64,000 bases of DNA from assembly GCA_002269645.1 (NCBI GenBank), contig NIVC01002999.1, forward strand, positions 1-64,000. The letters run 5' to 3'. A program made the position numbers and the translations under genes. The DNA comes from Macrostomum lignano. Its lineage: Eukaryota. Positions 1-13,100 of this stretch are shown one piece after another (within the stretch, counting starts at the first letter, position 1; each line of letters starts with the position of its first letter). The notes under the pieces were generated by a model. That model did not search any database, was not told where the DNA came from, and was given only the letters and a program-made list of their open reading frames with translations.

Positions 1-32
1 TCAAACAACGGGCGCAAATGAGTAAGGCTTAC

Positions 33-227
33 CGCAAGAACTCGACCGAGCCTCTGTATAGGAAGTCTTCGTATTGCTTCCTCTTCGGAGCTTCTCCTTC
101 TGGAGTCTTGTTGTTGGCTCCGGGTCCGCTTCGGACCACTTGTATTTATAGGCAAACGGACCCTCGCGAGGTCGTCCATCACATTTTCGTAAATGTCAAA
201 GGTCGCGCTTTGGTGGCTGTCAAGCAT
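33..227 (-). CDS. Possible first exon (or start of an ORF running off the window) of an unidentified gene
   Basis: ATG at 227 follows an in-frame stop and opens MLDSHQSATFDIYENVMDDLARVRLPINTSGPKRTRSQQQDSRRRSSEEEAIRRLPIQRLGRVLA. A GTAAGC donor follows at 32, and the frame also stays open to the window edge. No recognisable domain. Confidence 0.25.
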
Positions 228-267
228 GACAGGGTAGAAGGTTAAGCAACTGGTCTAGTGTAGCGCG

Positions 268-435
268 CATGATTGGTTACCGTAGCTGGGTTAATTGAGG
301 CTTTCTTTGATAGGTTCACCCGGTGCAGGCCGGATGATGAATCGCAGGTGGGGTTTAAACTTGACAATTGTAGGTCACACGTGATTGGTCGGCTGCTAAA
401 ATAGCATGTTCGAATTTTCTTTCTTGTGATTGGTT
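268..435. promoter_or_regulatory. Cluster of three GATTGG (CCAAT-box) motifs, promoter-like
   Basis: GATTGG at 271, 383 and 428, just upstream of the - strand ATG at 227. Could equally belong to a transposon end. Confidence 0.3.
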
Positions 436-614
436 GATTAAAATATATCTGTGATTCAGTACTTGTTATTATACATGCTACTTACTATACTACTGAATAA
501 AACTTATAAGTAGTATTTTAACTGTTTTATGTCTTTTTTACGAGAGGTAGAAAACTCTACAAAACTTCACAGTAGCAACTCGGCCCGCTAAAGGTTTGTG
601 TCGCTTTTAAGCTT

Positions 615-730
615 TCTTCTCTCCCGCTCTCTCTTTTTATCTCTCATCTCATCTATCTTGTTAATCTCTATCTATTGAATTGTATTGTATTCTATCTATC
701 TATTGATCTCTATCTATCTCTATCTCTTTC
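615..730. repeat. CT/CTAT-rich low-complexity tract
   Basis: Runs of ctct/ctat/tctatc. Confidence 0.7.
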
Positions 731-1156
731 ATTGAGTTGTATCTTTTACCTGACGTTTGAGCCAAGAAAGCTCGTCAAGCCCTGTCCAAGATATTACTTA
801 AACACCGGTAGGGTTCAGAGTAGCCCGAATCAGTGGAATCCTGGCGGAATCTTGCGTCTAAAGTACGCCCTGTTTATGACCCACTACATGCCTGATAGCT
901 AAAAACCAAGCCCGTTGTACACAACCCTGTACGAGTGTTGTGTTATCCTATGATAGTCATGGGTCAACAGGATGAACAGAGTTGCTTACATCCTCGCTAC
1001 CTTGGTGTTGACTGTCGTCTTCTCGATTTTCAGCAATGCTATCCACCTCGAGAATGAACTAACTAGCAAACGACAACAATAACGGAGGTTTCAACATAGC
1101 TTATCTAAACAATATGAATTAGCTTTGTTAAAATCCTGTTTTTTTACATATTGCAG

Positions 1157-4100
1157 GCAATCACTGCCGTGTTTCGGTACCTGGCCATGCTTCGAAAGCT
1201 TGGACCGCAAGAGTGGTTGTTCGAGGAAGCTCGCCTAGAAGGCCAAAAAGCCCTCGATGTCGGTCTAAACGACTGGGAATACTATCCATTTGTTCGCAGC
1301 AATATCTGCCTTCAGCGATATCCGATGCAGGATCTGCTGAGAGCGCATCGAGTGCCGTGCGACTACTCGCCAACAATAATATCCGACTTCTTGAATTTGC
1401 TGACTCCCGACAGATGCAAAGTGTACGTTTTCGAAGCTGGCGTCAACAAAAACTGTCCAAGTAAGTGCTTGAGTTAATACGGTACAGAAATATTTTGCTA
1501 AGTATTCAGACTTGAAGGGAACAGATGAATGAAACAGCATGTTTTTTACAAACTAGGAACTTTTAGCTTTTGTTTAAATCTTCATCTTTTTAGATAAAAA
1601 GGTTAATTTTGACACAGTTCACACGTACAATGTATGTTGAGTGATCATGTCGATAATTTCGTGAAAGTGCATCAGGCTGCACTATTTTCAAGCACAAATA
1701 TTTGAAAGTATAGGTATTAAGAAATCTAAGCGTCCACGTCCCCTCAAAAGGCTTCTTTCTAAAATCATTCCTTATTATAGCGTAGACCAACGATCATATA
1801 TACAGATCTATCAAAGATCTATGGCGTAGACTTGTAAAACTCTTCGCAAAAGCGTCTGCTTATCCGAATTTTTTTGCTAACGTCCATCTGTATGTAGCTG
1901 TCTATGGCCAGTCCTGCCCACACTCCGGCGCGGTGCCGCACAGCGTCAAGAAGCTGGATCCCGACCTGCTGGCAGTCTGTAAAGCCGATTGGCCTTCACC
2001 AAGCATTGAATTCGACGCTGATCTGGGCTTTCCTCAGCCAACGCCTGTGGATTGCTTAGTAAGCTGGGTGCTTGTCTGAGGACTGAGGACTGATGACTGA
2101 GAACTTTTCGTCGATTAGTTAAAGTTATATAGATCACTTGTAGTATTTTTATTCCTCCAACATGTTTTTAGGCGGAGTCAGTGTCAATAAGTCAACAAGA
2201 CGACAGTTCGGCATTGTCGCGCATTGCTCGCCGTCATGAAAAACTCCTAGCCTTGCCGTCATCTGACTGCTCATTCCGCGTCATTGAGCTGACAAACGGT
2301 GTCCAAGCTATCCTGGCCAGTCGAAACAGTTTCGGAGGCCAGGAGAGTAACGAAAAATCGCTTGTGTGCACCACCCTGGGCATTGGGAGACTACACGATC
2401 CGACTGACTTTCGAGGCTTAGCAGAGCTGTGCCATCGCCTCACACTGGTTGGATCAAATCGACGCCTCAAACATTCGATGGCTTGAACGACCTGCTGCTA
2501 GACAATAGTTGTGAAGAGAATGTTGAATATGCCATGGGGGTACACGATGACCAATCAGTGTACAAGTTTACTGTTCCAGCGAGTCTAATTCCGGAAAGCC
2601 TGTTTCGCCTAGGCTGTGGATTGGTCAATCCCGAAATTAGCAACGAAAGCGTCGAACGCGAGCTGCTGTCTGGTCAGTTCAGGCGCCAGATTCCAGCCCA
2701 GGACTGGTTGGAGCGCTGCTCGGGAAATCTCACCCATCCCTACAATCGAATGGCGAAAGGTGCCCAGAAAACTATTCGATCCTACACATCCGAGGAACTA
2801 AAAACTCGCTTGATTGCATTTTTCAATGAAAACTACTCTGCGAACTTGTTGAAGCTGGCTATAGTGGACAGCAGGTCTCTTGACGAGTTGGAGGTTAGTT
2901 TGCGAGCCGTATAAAAAAATCCTATTGGAAGTAGGCACACTAATACTCGCAAGTTAATAACGAAGCCTTCAGATATGCGTGGTTTAATAACTTTGTACTC
3001 ATTGCAGAAACTGGTGGCAGCTCATTTTGGAAGCATGCGGAATTTGTCAATCAACCAGTTGAAGATTTCAACGCATCCGTACGAAGGAACATTGATGGGC
3101 GTAAAGGTAGGTGCTTCAGACTTTATGTGTGTATTTTTGTGTACGTTTAATAGCAGCAGACAAGGAGTATAGACTCGCAAATTAGAATGTCACATTAGAG
3201 AGCGTTCTTCTTGTTCAGCTTACATTGGTTCCCCGACCAGAAGTAGAACCCGAGGACGCTCTAACCTATGAACTCCTGCCTAAAATTACACAATAGCTTA
3301 CATTGGTTCCCGACCACAAAAGTAGAACCCGAGGACGATCTAACCTATGAACCCCTGCCTAAAATTACACAATAGCTTACATTGGTTCCCGAACACAAAA
3401 GTAGAACCCGAGGACGCTCTAACCTATGAACTCCTGCCTAAAATTACACAATAGCTTACATTGGTTCCCGACCACAAAAGTAGAACCCGAGGACGCTCTA
3501 ACCTATGAACCCCTGCCTAAAATTACACAATAGCTTACATTGGTTCCCGACCACAAAAGTAGAACCCGAGGACGCTCTAACCTATGAACCCCTGCCTAAA
3601 ATTACACAATAGCTTACATTGGTTCCCGAACACAAAAGTAGAACCCGAGGACGCTCTAACCTATGAACCCCTGCCTAAAATTACACAATACACTTAACTA
3701 ATCTAGGTTCGCAGCAACTGTCTGAGTTTAGGTCGAAAACTTTACATGGTTTTCCCCTTGCCGGAGCAAACAAAACTGCACTTGACTTCGCCGGACATGC
3801 TCGTGAGCTACTTGATCAACAACCGGTGCAAGGGGAGCATTAGCGACTGTCTCGAGCGGCGTCATTTAAGTACAAACGTGTTTGGACAACTGGTCAACAG
3901 AGGTTCTGTAGGCTTCGACTCCTACTGCGTGACTGTTTTCCACCAGAATAAAGAGTTGGAGATGGCAGAGAGTGAGAACAAGGTGTGTACGAATAGCGAT
4001 TTACATGCGTTTGTTGCGTATACATTGTTGCGTATATCACACGCTGTTCTTTCTAGAGAAGTCGTGCGTCCGACGCTCTCATGTCACTCACGACTTGAAG

Positions 4101-7100
4101 GTCGGGGTTCGATTCCCGATCATACTGGAACAATTTTTGTCCTTTAGCAAGACACTTAACTCTGCATTGTTTCAAGTTCACCCAGCTGTAAAATGGGTGC
4201 CAGCATTAGGAGGAGCAATTAAGGGTGGTGTGTTGCGATCCCAAAGTTCTTGGACTGAACAGCCGTACGCAGCCTTCAGATGCGCCGCCCCAAAGCTTCG
4301 GCTGAGCTGTCGGTTGCACATAGCCCAATTAGGGAAGGTTTAATGAATTATTATGTTTTTATCCTCTTTAAGAAGAATCTGACTGTAAAAAAGTTTTCAC
4401 AATGATCGACAACCTTCAATAAACTTCAATAAAAATCAGACGTACGCGTCTATTGGTTAAGATACCTTTAAAAAAATTTCACTATCGCAAGCTTTTAAGC
4501 TCATATTTTACAGACTCAGTAAAATACCACACTTATCTTCAGATAATCACAATAGTATTTCGCTATCTCGCAATGCTGCGCCAAATTGGTCCACTGGAGT
4601 GGCTCTACAACACTTTCCGCGTAGAAAGACGCAAGGGTCAGACATTTGACGACGAAAATTCTTCTACTGGGCCTCGTTGGAAGCTGAACCCGTTGCAGTA
4701 CTACTGCGACCAGCTGCTAGAGTGCCACATGCAGCGCTACCCTCTGGAGAGCTTGTTCACTGCTCGGTACGCGTTGCCTGAATACTCGCCTCGGGCCATT
4801 ACTGACTTTCTGGAATTTTTGAAGCCCGATAATTGCAAGGTGTTCGTTTCAGGCTTTGGCACAGACGAGTCTCATATGTGCACCTTTCTGTGTAAGTTGT
4901 CCTTTAATCTACAAAATGGTTACTAATTAAGTATCGGATAATTTAAAATCACTTATGACGTGATCTTCTTCGTTAGATTACTGATTATTCCATCCTTTCA
5001 CCCGCAGCTCCTGATGGCAAGCTCTGCTGCGAGCCGGATGGCCCAAATTTCTGCAGTATGGAAAAGCTCAAACCGGAACTGATTGCCACCTGCTCAGCTG
5101 CTTGGCCTTCTTCATCGTGCGAGTTCGATACTGAGCTGAAGCTGCCAAAACAGAATCTGTTTTTGTGCTCCGATTTTAGTCTGAGGCCCGACGAGACAAC
5201 TGATCAGGTCGGTATGGATTCCTAGCGGTGATGCGGTGGTCCAGATCTGTGTTAGGGTAGGTTAGGTTAGGGTAGTCGGATAGCTATAGTTCTAAGAGGG
5301 GCTTTTAGTGCTGCAGCTAATCAAGTCGACCGTTGAATCGCAGACAGAGTGGAAGCACACGCTCACACATGGTGTACAATGCCTATGACTTCATGGCTGA
5401 ATATGAATTGCAAGAATTGTACGGAGGAGTAGTTGTGTTATTGTGTCGACTTTTTTAAATTTCAGCAACCACAAGGACCGCGGCTGCTACGATTCGAAGC
5501 CGGGCCGCACACACCAGCCGCTCGCTTCTGGTTCCAGCAGGATAACAGGCTCCAGACTCCGATTGTCTTCATCTCAGTCGATTTGGTGACTTCGCCTGAG
5601 CCGCTTGTGACCGACTGCGCCTCGTCCGTCATGCTGGATATTTTTGTCGTGCTCCTAGTCGACCAGCTCAACAGCCTTGAAAGCCAAGCCAAGCAGGTTG
5701 ATCTACGTTTAAAAGTGTCGCGCAGCAAACAGGGCATTCAGGTGTGCTGCAGCGGCTACAGGCAGCCCCTGCCAAGTCTTGTGGCTGCCGCTCTGAGTCG
5801 GATTTTTGAGCTGAAGATTACGGAACATGCATTTCGTAAGGTGAGCTGTGCACAGTGTCTAACTAGAATTTTCCCGCCGACGAATATTTCCTGACGAGTT
5901 TGGCCTTGGGGATTCTTCTTAACTGCTCTGAACATATTTTTAAACGAGGCCAGCTGTTGAGGGGGCGCCAGCTACAGAGGGGGTGCCAGCAAACAGAGGG
6001 GACGTCAGCTACAGAGGGGACGCCAGCTACAGAGGGGACGCCAGCAAACAGAGGGGACGCCAGCTACAGAAGGGACGCCCAGCTACAGAGGGGGTGCCAG
6101 CTACAGAGGGGTGCCAGCTACAGAGGGGGTGCCAGCTACAGAGGGGGTGCCAGCTACAGAGGGGACGCCCAGCTACAGAGGGGGTGCCAGCTACAGAAGG
6201 GACGCCCAGCTACAGAGGGGGTGCCAGCTACAGAGGGGCGCCAGCTACAGAGGGGGTGCCAGCTACAGAGGGGACGCCAGCTACAGAGGGGACGCCAGCT
6301 ACAGAGGGGTGCCAGCTACAGAGGGGACGCCAGCTACAGAGGGGACGCCAGCTACAGAGGGGGTGCCAGCTACAGAGGGGACGCCAGCTACAGAGGGGAC
6401 GTCAGCTAGAGAGGGGACGTCAGCTACAGAGGGGACGCCAGCAAACAGAGGGGACGCCAGCTACAGAGGGGACGCCCAGCTACAGAGGGGACGCCAGCTA
6501 CAGAGGGGGTGCCAGCTACAGAGGGGACGCCAGCTACAGAGGGGGTGCCAGCTACAGAGGGGGCGCCAGCTACAGAGGGGGCGCCAGCTACAGAGGGGAC
6601 GCCAGCTACAGAGGGGACGCCAGCTACAGAGGGGACGTCAGCTACAGAGGGGACGCCAGCAAACAGAGGGGACGCCAGCTACCGAAGGGACGCCCAGCTA
6701 CAGAGGGGACGCCAGCTACAGAGGGGGTGCCAGCTACAGAGGGGGCGCCAGCTACAGAGGAGGTGCCAGCTACAGAGGGGACGCCAGCTACAGAGGGGGT
6801 GCCAGCTACAGAGGGGGTGCCAGCTACAGAGGGGGCGCCAGCTACAGAGGGGGCGCCAGCAAACAGAGGGGGCGCCAGCTACATTGGGATGCATTAATTG
6901 CCTACATGGATCATCGGCTCAGCAAATATAAATTAATGGGTTATCAATCTCCTCATTGTTTCAGGCTCGACGGAAAATATCTGCCCTGGAGGCGCAGAAA
7001 ACGCACAAAACGGACTTGTGCAAGTCGCAGCTTGCTATGCTACTAAATAGCGCCTGCTCTTGGCACTGGTCGTATCAGGATAAAAGAGTCGCTATTAACG

Positions 7101-8885
7101 GTATGTTTGCTAATATCTAAATATTCAATACAAAAATTCCAGACGAACTCTCTTCTCTACAAACCTTCACTTCAGAAACAACTCTGGAGAGCTTCATGAT
7201 ATTTGTCCAGCGATTCAGCAGTCAGATTCAGCTATCGTCGCAACCGCAACGTCTGGTCAGCGAGGACGAGGACGAAGAGGACAAACGAACTGACGCGGCT
7301 GTTGCCGTCATGAGCCTTTGGTCACGAATCTCCCTAGCCGAGGACGAAGAAGTCGTAGAGGAGAGCTCCGCGCTGCAGCAGACACTTCAGGAGGAGCAAG
7401 ACCAGCAGCAGAAGCAGCAGATTCCGCGCCAACTGTTTGCCGAGATTCTCGTTTATGGCAACGCTACAGCTAAAGATGCTGAAGCAGCCAGTCAAATCAT
7501 TTTGAACGCGCTGCCATCACCGACTCAGCGTACCACTGAGACAACATTTGAAGCAGTGAGGCGTCGAGTGTATCTACTCCCCAGCGGCAGCCATCACGTG
7601 CTCAGCTGACAATATCTGCTAATTATCAGAGGAAATCAGGGTGCGCTGTAGTACTTCAGGTGCCAAAACCGGTGCCAACTGCCGACACAAATATGGGCTT
7701 TGAAGACGCGATTAGACAAGACTGTTTGTTTTATCTGCTAATCGAGGTTTTGCAATGCCGCGGCGAGATGATCAATGACCCGTTGGATCGAGCTATAAAG
7801 ATACTAATACAGAGAAATTATCACGCCTATGTTGTTACATTTGACGTTGTGGATTCACAGCACCCGACAAAGGTAGGCCTATGTGTGAGAGTAGTGAATT
7901 AACAATGTCACTGAACCGAAAGGGTAGGCCGATGTGTGAGAGTAGTGAATTAACAATGTCACTGAACCGAAAAGGTAGGCCGATGTGTGAGAGTAGTGAA
8001 TGAACAATGTCACTGAACCGAAAGGGTAGGCCGATGTGTGAGAGTAGTGAATTAACAATGTCACTGAACCGAAAAGGTAGGCCGATGTGTGAGAGTAGTG
8101 AATTAACAATGTCACTGAACCGAAAAGGTAGGCCGATGTGTGAGAGTAGTGAATGAACAATGTCACTGGATCGAATCAGCTGCTTGTTTCCTATCGCTCT
8201 TTTTTCCAGATTGAAGAACAAGTGGAAAATTATATCGAAAAAATTGGCGATTACATTTCCTCTCTGTCAGAGGAGTCATTCCGATACTGCTTATCAAGCA
8301 TGGAGAAATCGATGCGCAAAGAAATTCCTACTACTGTCCAGGAGCAGCACGATTCCCATTGGCGCAGCATCACTCACGGTGTGCTGCGCTTCGACCGGGA
8401 CGCAAATTTGGCCAAGTGTTTAGACGCAGTGGTTGGAGGCATCAAGAAGGATTGTCTGCTTGAACTATGGCGGGTAAGTAGCAAAGTAGCAAAGTACCAA
8501 TTTTTTACCAGCGTTTATCAGATTCAACTTGAACTTAAGTTGGAGCTTATATAATTAGTCTTGTATAATATATACCGTTCGCGCCGCTTCCAGTCCTGCT
8601 TAAAGCGGGGATCTCCGAACCGGCGCAAGCTGTGCATCCATCGAATCTCCAGGGCGGCTTTCCCCGACGGCATCAGCGAGGCTGACTACGCTGATTACCC
8701 GGTGAGTCCTGAAGCCATACGCACTTGTTGACTCTTGTAGCGTTGGATGCGTTCTCCTTAATTAATTCTCTAAAAAACTCTATTTCCAGGGAACCATCAT
8801 ACGTAACAGAAATCTTTTCAAGCAAAGCCTGCTGCTAAGTCCCTTGCCATCGGTACAGAATTTGCGTCCGAACTCTGATGTCTAA
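1157..8885 (+). CDS. Insulysin/IDE-like (M16A) pseudo-peptidase, paralogue 1 (5' part not in window; two frameshifts)
   Basis: GT-AG exons with matching phases: 1157-1460, 1898-2058, 2172-2893, 3008-3106, 3707-3982, 4543-4891, 5008-5207, 5466-5840, 6965-7100, 7176-7872, 8210-8473, 8594-8701, 8790-8885 (TAA; AATAAA at ~8927). IDE-like blocks: FRYLAMLRKLGPQEWLFEE, RVIELTNGVQAIL, GIGRLHDP, NENYSANLL, FWFQQDNRLQTP, RFDRD, RRKLCIH, IIRNRNLFKQSL. One-base deficits at ~2465 and ~7602. Confidence 0.85.
3217..3689. repeat. 79-bp intronic tandem repeat, 6 copies
   Basis: agcttacattggttcccgaccacaaaagtagaacccgaggacg... starts at 3217, 3295, 3374, 3453, 3532 and 3611. Confidence 0.95.
4060..4350 (+). mobile_element. 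tRNA-derived SINE copy
   Basis: B-box GGTTCGATTCC at 4106-4116. Body (gcaagacacttaactctgcattg...cacccagctgtaaaatgggtgccagcattag...ttggactgaacagccgta) is shared with copies at 10.9-11.2, 22.2 and 32.0 kb. Confidence 0.8.
5950..6882. repeat. ~18-bp GC-rich intronic minisatellite, ~50 copies
   Basis: Unit gccagctacagagggg(g/a)(t/c), with occasional 1-bp length variants; lies between exons 5466-5840 and 6965-7100. Confidence 0.95.
7870..8168. repeat. 51-bp tandem repeat (~6 copies) beginning at a splice donor
   Basis: aggtaggcc(g/t)atgtgtgagagtagtgaat(t/g)aacaatgtcactgaaccgaaa at 51-bp period; the first copy overlaps the donor at 7873. Confidence 0.95.
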
Positions 8886-10126
8886 GCGAGACGCCATCGA
8901 GTTTCTTGGAATTTTGAATTTGCAGCAATAAATAAACAGGACTCAGTTCAACCTCAATAAAATATCGGTAGTTATACACTAATATTTACCGGTGAAAACA
9001 TGCACGAACAACTTTGTCAATGTTTAATATGAGAATGGTTTTGCTCAAGAAAGCTCTTGTTTTCGGTTACCCTTGGTGTACTTACTTGTGCAGAAGACTA
9101 GCAAAGACCAATTATCAGATGGTAAAAGAATAAACCTATTTGTTCATTTTTACATAAATACGCTGTAGCCTTCGTTCACGGTGTAAAATTATTTTGACGA
9201 TTTTTTTTTACAAATTTTGCTTTTTAAATCATTTTGTAACACAAAGATCCGTTAGAAGCTCCCCAGAAACGCCAGATCGTCAGTTAAAAAACTGAATTTA
9301 AGTATTCATGCTCATAACTAGCATCTGCAAAGTTATAGATACACAGATACTAGCATCGTAGATAGGACAGTACACCACATGTAGATGTAGAAGTGTTTGG
9401 TCTTACTCTAACGATCACCAAAGGAAAGGTTGTTAAATTTTTGTTCTATAATGTTGCCGATCCTCGTGGACATAAAGAGATGAATAAACTCCTATGTCTG
9501 CGCCAACAGGTCAACTCAACAGTGTCCAATGCTCTTTGTCGTATGGGTATTAAACAAGCCAAGCAAAAACTAAAATAATAATGAAGCCAAACAGTAGCCT
9601 GTAGCTGTAGTACTCTTCTCTTGACTTAACTGAATCAACTGCTGTAGAGGACGCAATGTGAAGATGAGAGCGAAAGGCAAAAGGTTGGCTTTCCTCGATT
9701 ATTTTGTTGCTCCCTGTTTAGTGCTGTGAAGGCAGCAGGTAACAATTAAGGTAATTTGAGCGTAAATGCAAGGTTTAAATTTATTTTATTCTGAATACGT
9801 CATAAACTGGTGTTGAGCATGCAGCTCTAGTTCAAGAAAAAATCGGAGAGAAGTTTTCATTAGTCGCGTTATATCCTATCTAAACTGTACAAAGGTCTAG
9901 TTTAGTTTTAGGTCAGTTTTGGTGATAGATGTTTAATAAATTCTGTTGAAGCTAAAAACCAAAACTCAACATTCTCGATGTCTCCTAACCAACAAACATC
10001 TACTTGTGGTCCGAAGGGACAGCTAATACACTATTTTTTCACCTTGATATGATTGTCTATGGGCATAACTTGAAAAAACCGCATAGTCTTTCAATTCTTG
10101 CATAGCTTCAATTCTTAGAGCTCAAG

Positions 10127-13100
10127 ATGCAACAGAGCCTAAAGCTTCCACAGCAGCAGTCGCCATCCCAGTCCAAGCAGCCTGAATCGGTAAATCAGCG
10201 ACCAAGTGTCACAATGTCCATAAAAGTTCGCGACAACAATGTACCCTTAGTAAAAGGAATCGAAGCTTACAAGCACACAAAACGACGATGCCTGGAGCTG
10301 TCGAACGGTGCCAGTGTTCTTCTTATTAGCTGGTCAAACTTGGAGCAGATTCAGGGCTTCTTCGATCCCTACAGCGTGTTTCTTTGCGTGAACCTCAACA
10401 TTGGCCGGCTTCACGACCCACCCGATTGTGTAGGCCTTGCCGAGTTGTGCCAACGACTGACGCTCTGCGGCTCCAAAAAATATCCGAACGACGAGCAGGC
10501 TGGTAAGTCAGTCAGTCCGTCTGAATCTGCTTGGCTAATTTCGCGGTGCGCTGTGGCTTTTTAAAATGGAACAGCATTTCAGCTACTAGCTGAAAGACCT
10601 AGTAGGGACGATTGACAATTCACCTGAACACCAAAATCTCGTTAACCGCTTGGTGATCAGGATGCTAGCACACCACCGGTACAGTATACGATCGCTACTC
10701 GTACGACGTACACGTTGCTCTGGTGCATCTATAACTGGTTAAAATGCCACGACGATTGATGGTTCAAGTTATTGAATCACTCTAATCGCAGTCTGTGCAG
10801 CATAACGGCGCCAATTTAGGCCCTCAAGCAAGGCTGACTGCTGTATGGGGTTTGTACGCTCTTAATTATAATAGGAATCATGATCGAAAGGACTGCAGTT
10901 ATCATTATTTAATAAGAATTGATTGCACCTGTCCCGATTGGGCCGGTTGTGCAACTGACAGCTCACCCGCAGCTATTGCGTGGCGCATCTGAAGGCTGCG
11001 TAATGGCTGTTTAGTCCAAGGACTGGGAGGTAGCCACACACCCTCAATAACCCCAGCTAATGCTGGGTACCCATTTTACAGCTGGGCGAACTGAAGCAAT
11101 GTAGAGTTAAGTGTCTTGCTCATTGCTCAAGGACACAAATTGTTCTAGTGGGATCTGGAATCGAACCCCGGACCTTTCATTAGGGAGTCCAATGTTCTAA
11201 CCACTAGGCTGCAATCCAGTTAACATTTAGTAATGTTAATAAACATTGTTTAGTATAATATCCGTGTTTGTTTTGTACATTGTTCTGAAAAAAAGTTTTG
11301 GTGTATAAGAGATCCCTAGGGAAATCGAAATTTGGTTCTTACTCAAGAAAAAATGCGAGTTGCTGACAAAACTGCGCCTAATTTGCAGGTCTGCTCACGA
11401 AAGTTCAGAGAGAAAGCAGCTCATACTCAGAAGAGATCACAATCGGGCAGCCGCAACAAGAAAGCCATAGCAACTCAATATTGTCCGAATCATTCGATTT
11501 CGACCCGCTCGCTCGAATTGAGGTCACCGAGGATCAGACAATTTACACTTTTACCCTGGAAACCAACTATCAGTTGGAGATGTTTCTGGACCATCTCTGC
11601 GCCGGGTTGCAGTGTCCGCTGTTTAACAAGACGGCAGTGGAGCGGCAGGTGCAAATCTGGCAGGCAGTCTCTAAGACGAATGCGCCCTCCCTAATAGACC
11701 AGTTAGAGCACTGCTCGGGTGACGCCAAGCATCCCTACAACCGGCTGCACCGTCAAAGTGGCCGAACTGTTGATAAATTATCTACCGATGAGCTAATTAA
11801 CCAACTGAAAGAATTTCACTCGAAAAACTATTCCGCTAATCTGTTGCGATTGGTGCTGTCGTATGCGAAGACACTGGACGAAATGGAGGTTGGTAAAAGT
11901 CGTTAATATGTGGTTGTAAAGATTACCATGGCTATAAATAAATTATGCACCAAATACTCGAATTGACAGGCAATGGTGCTGGAGTCTCTGGGTGGAATGC
12001 AAAATTTATCGCTTCCACGTATTCGCTTTCCTCGTCACCCGTACGATGGTACGGAAATGGCAGTAAAGGTAAAATTGTGCCGTAAGCCTGAAGCCAATTC
12101 TTTCAAAGTATTTCAATTTTTATTGCGCCAAGAGACACAAAAAGTTTATTAAAATAAAATGGCAACACACTAAAATTCAGCCACAAGCAAAGCTAGCGTT
12201 TTAAGATAGCGATAAACGCTACTGCAAAGAAGGGCGTCGTATGTTTTGGGCAGCCAATTTTGGGGTCATGTCCCCTTGACCAAAGATCATATATACACAA
12301 GATAGGCGACTTTTCATTAACCACTGGCCATAGAAGCTAATGTGAAAAATTTTGCTACTCGCGATAGCGCGAAGATCAACTACTGAACTCCATTTCGTCA
12401 GTAGTTTCTGCAGTGCGTGCGTCGTTATTAGTTTGATTGAGTAGTAGCTTTTATTTAATTTATGAGAAACAGCTAGGGAACCAGGAGCAGAGACTTTTGC
12501 ATAGTATTGGATTAAAATTTGACCTTTTTAGAACATCCATTATGCATTGGTGTGTTTAAGAAGCTTTAAATGCTGGCTAATCAATTTTACCCTTTTGAGT
12601 ATAACGCACGTCAGTAAAACAGTTTCAAAGTCCAGTGTTTACTATCGAAATGTCTATAAATAGCAACAGTACTTTACGTTTGCAGAAGGTCTTGATTGTT
12701 TATTATTACACTAATTACAATATTTCAGATATAATTGGCCTTATGACACATATTTAATTTTGCTAATTTTTACGTTTTCCCAGACATCGGAAGTCGTTTC
12801 CTTTTACGAGTATTTCATTGAACCCAAAAACAGATCCAATGAAAAAATTAAAGCAACAACATTAACCAAGTAATTATTCGAATAGAAAAGTTTTAATAGT
12901 ACTACCAATAGTCGTTCAGAATGAATAATATTACTATTAATAAGCCAAATAATTAGCAAAGTTAAATCCGTGGGCTTTATTATATAATCTACGTGGTACT
13001 ACTCACAAACATAATATATTAACGGTTTGATAGTACAATGTAGTAAAAACTGTTTTACTGCCGTGTACAGCTGATTTATAAGAAAATCTAGTATAGCGTC

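Noticed and set aside
972-1082. 36-aa ORF with a signal-peptide-like stretch (MNRVAYILATLVLTVVFSIFSNA…)
   Set aside because: Too short, with no splice or homology support; may be chance.
5900-7046. Long ORFs (ATEG/QRG/YRG repeats)
   Set aside because: Translations of an 18-bp intronic minisatellite lying between two M16 exons; open in several frames.
7196-7609. Assignment as a nardilysin orthologue because of the acidic stretch
   Set aside because: The acidic insert is in domain 3 rather than the N-terminal domain, and orthology cannot be judged without a tree.
11140-11217. Functional tRNA gene
   Set aside because: Has A/B boxes but no closed cloverleaf, and continues into a body shared with three other dispersed copies, so it is a SINE head.
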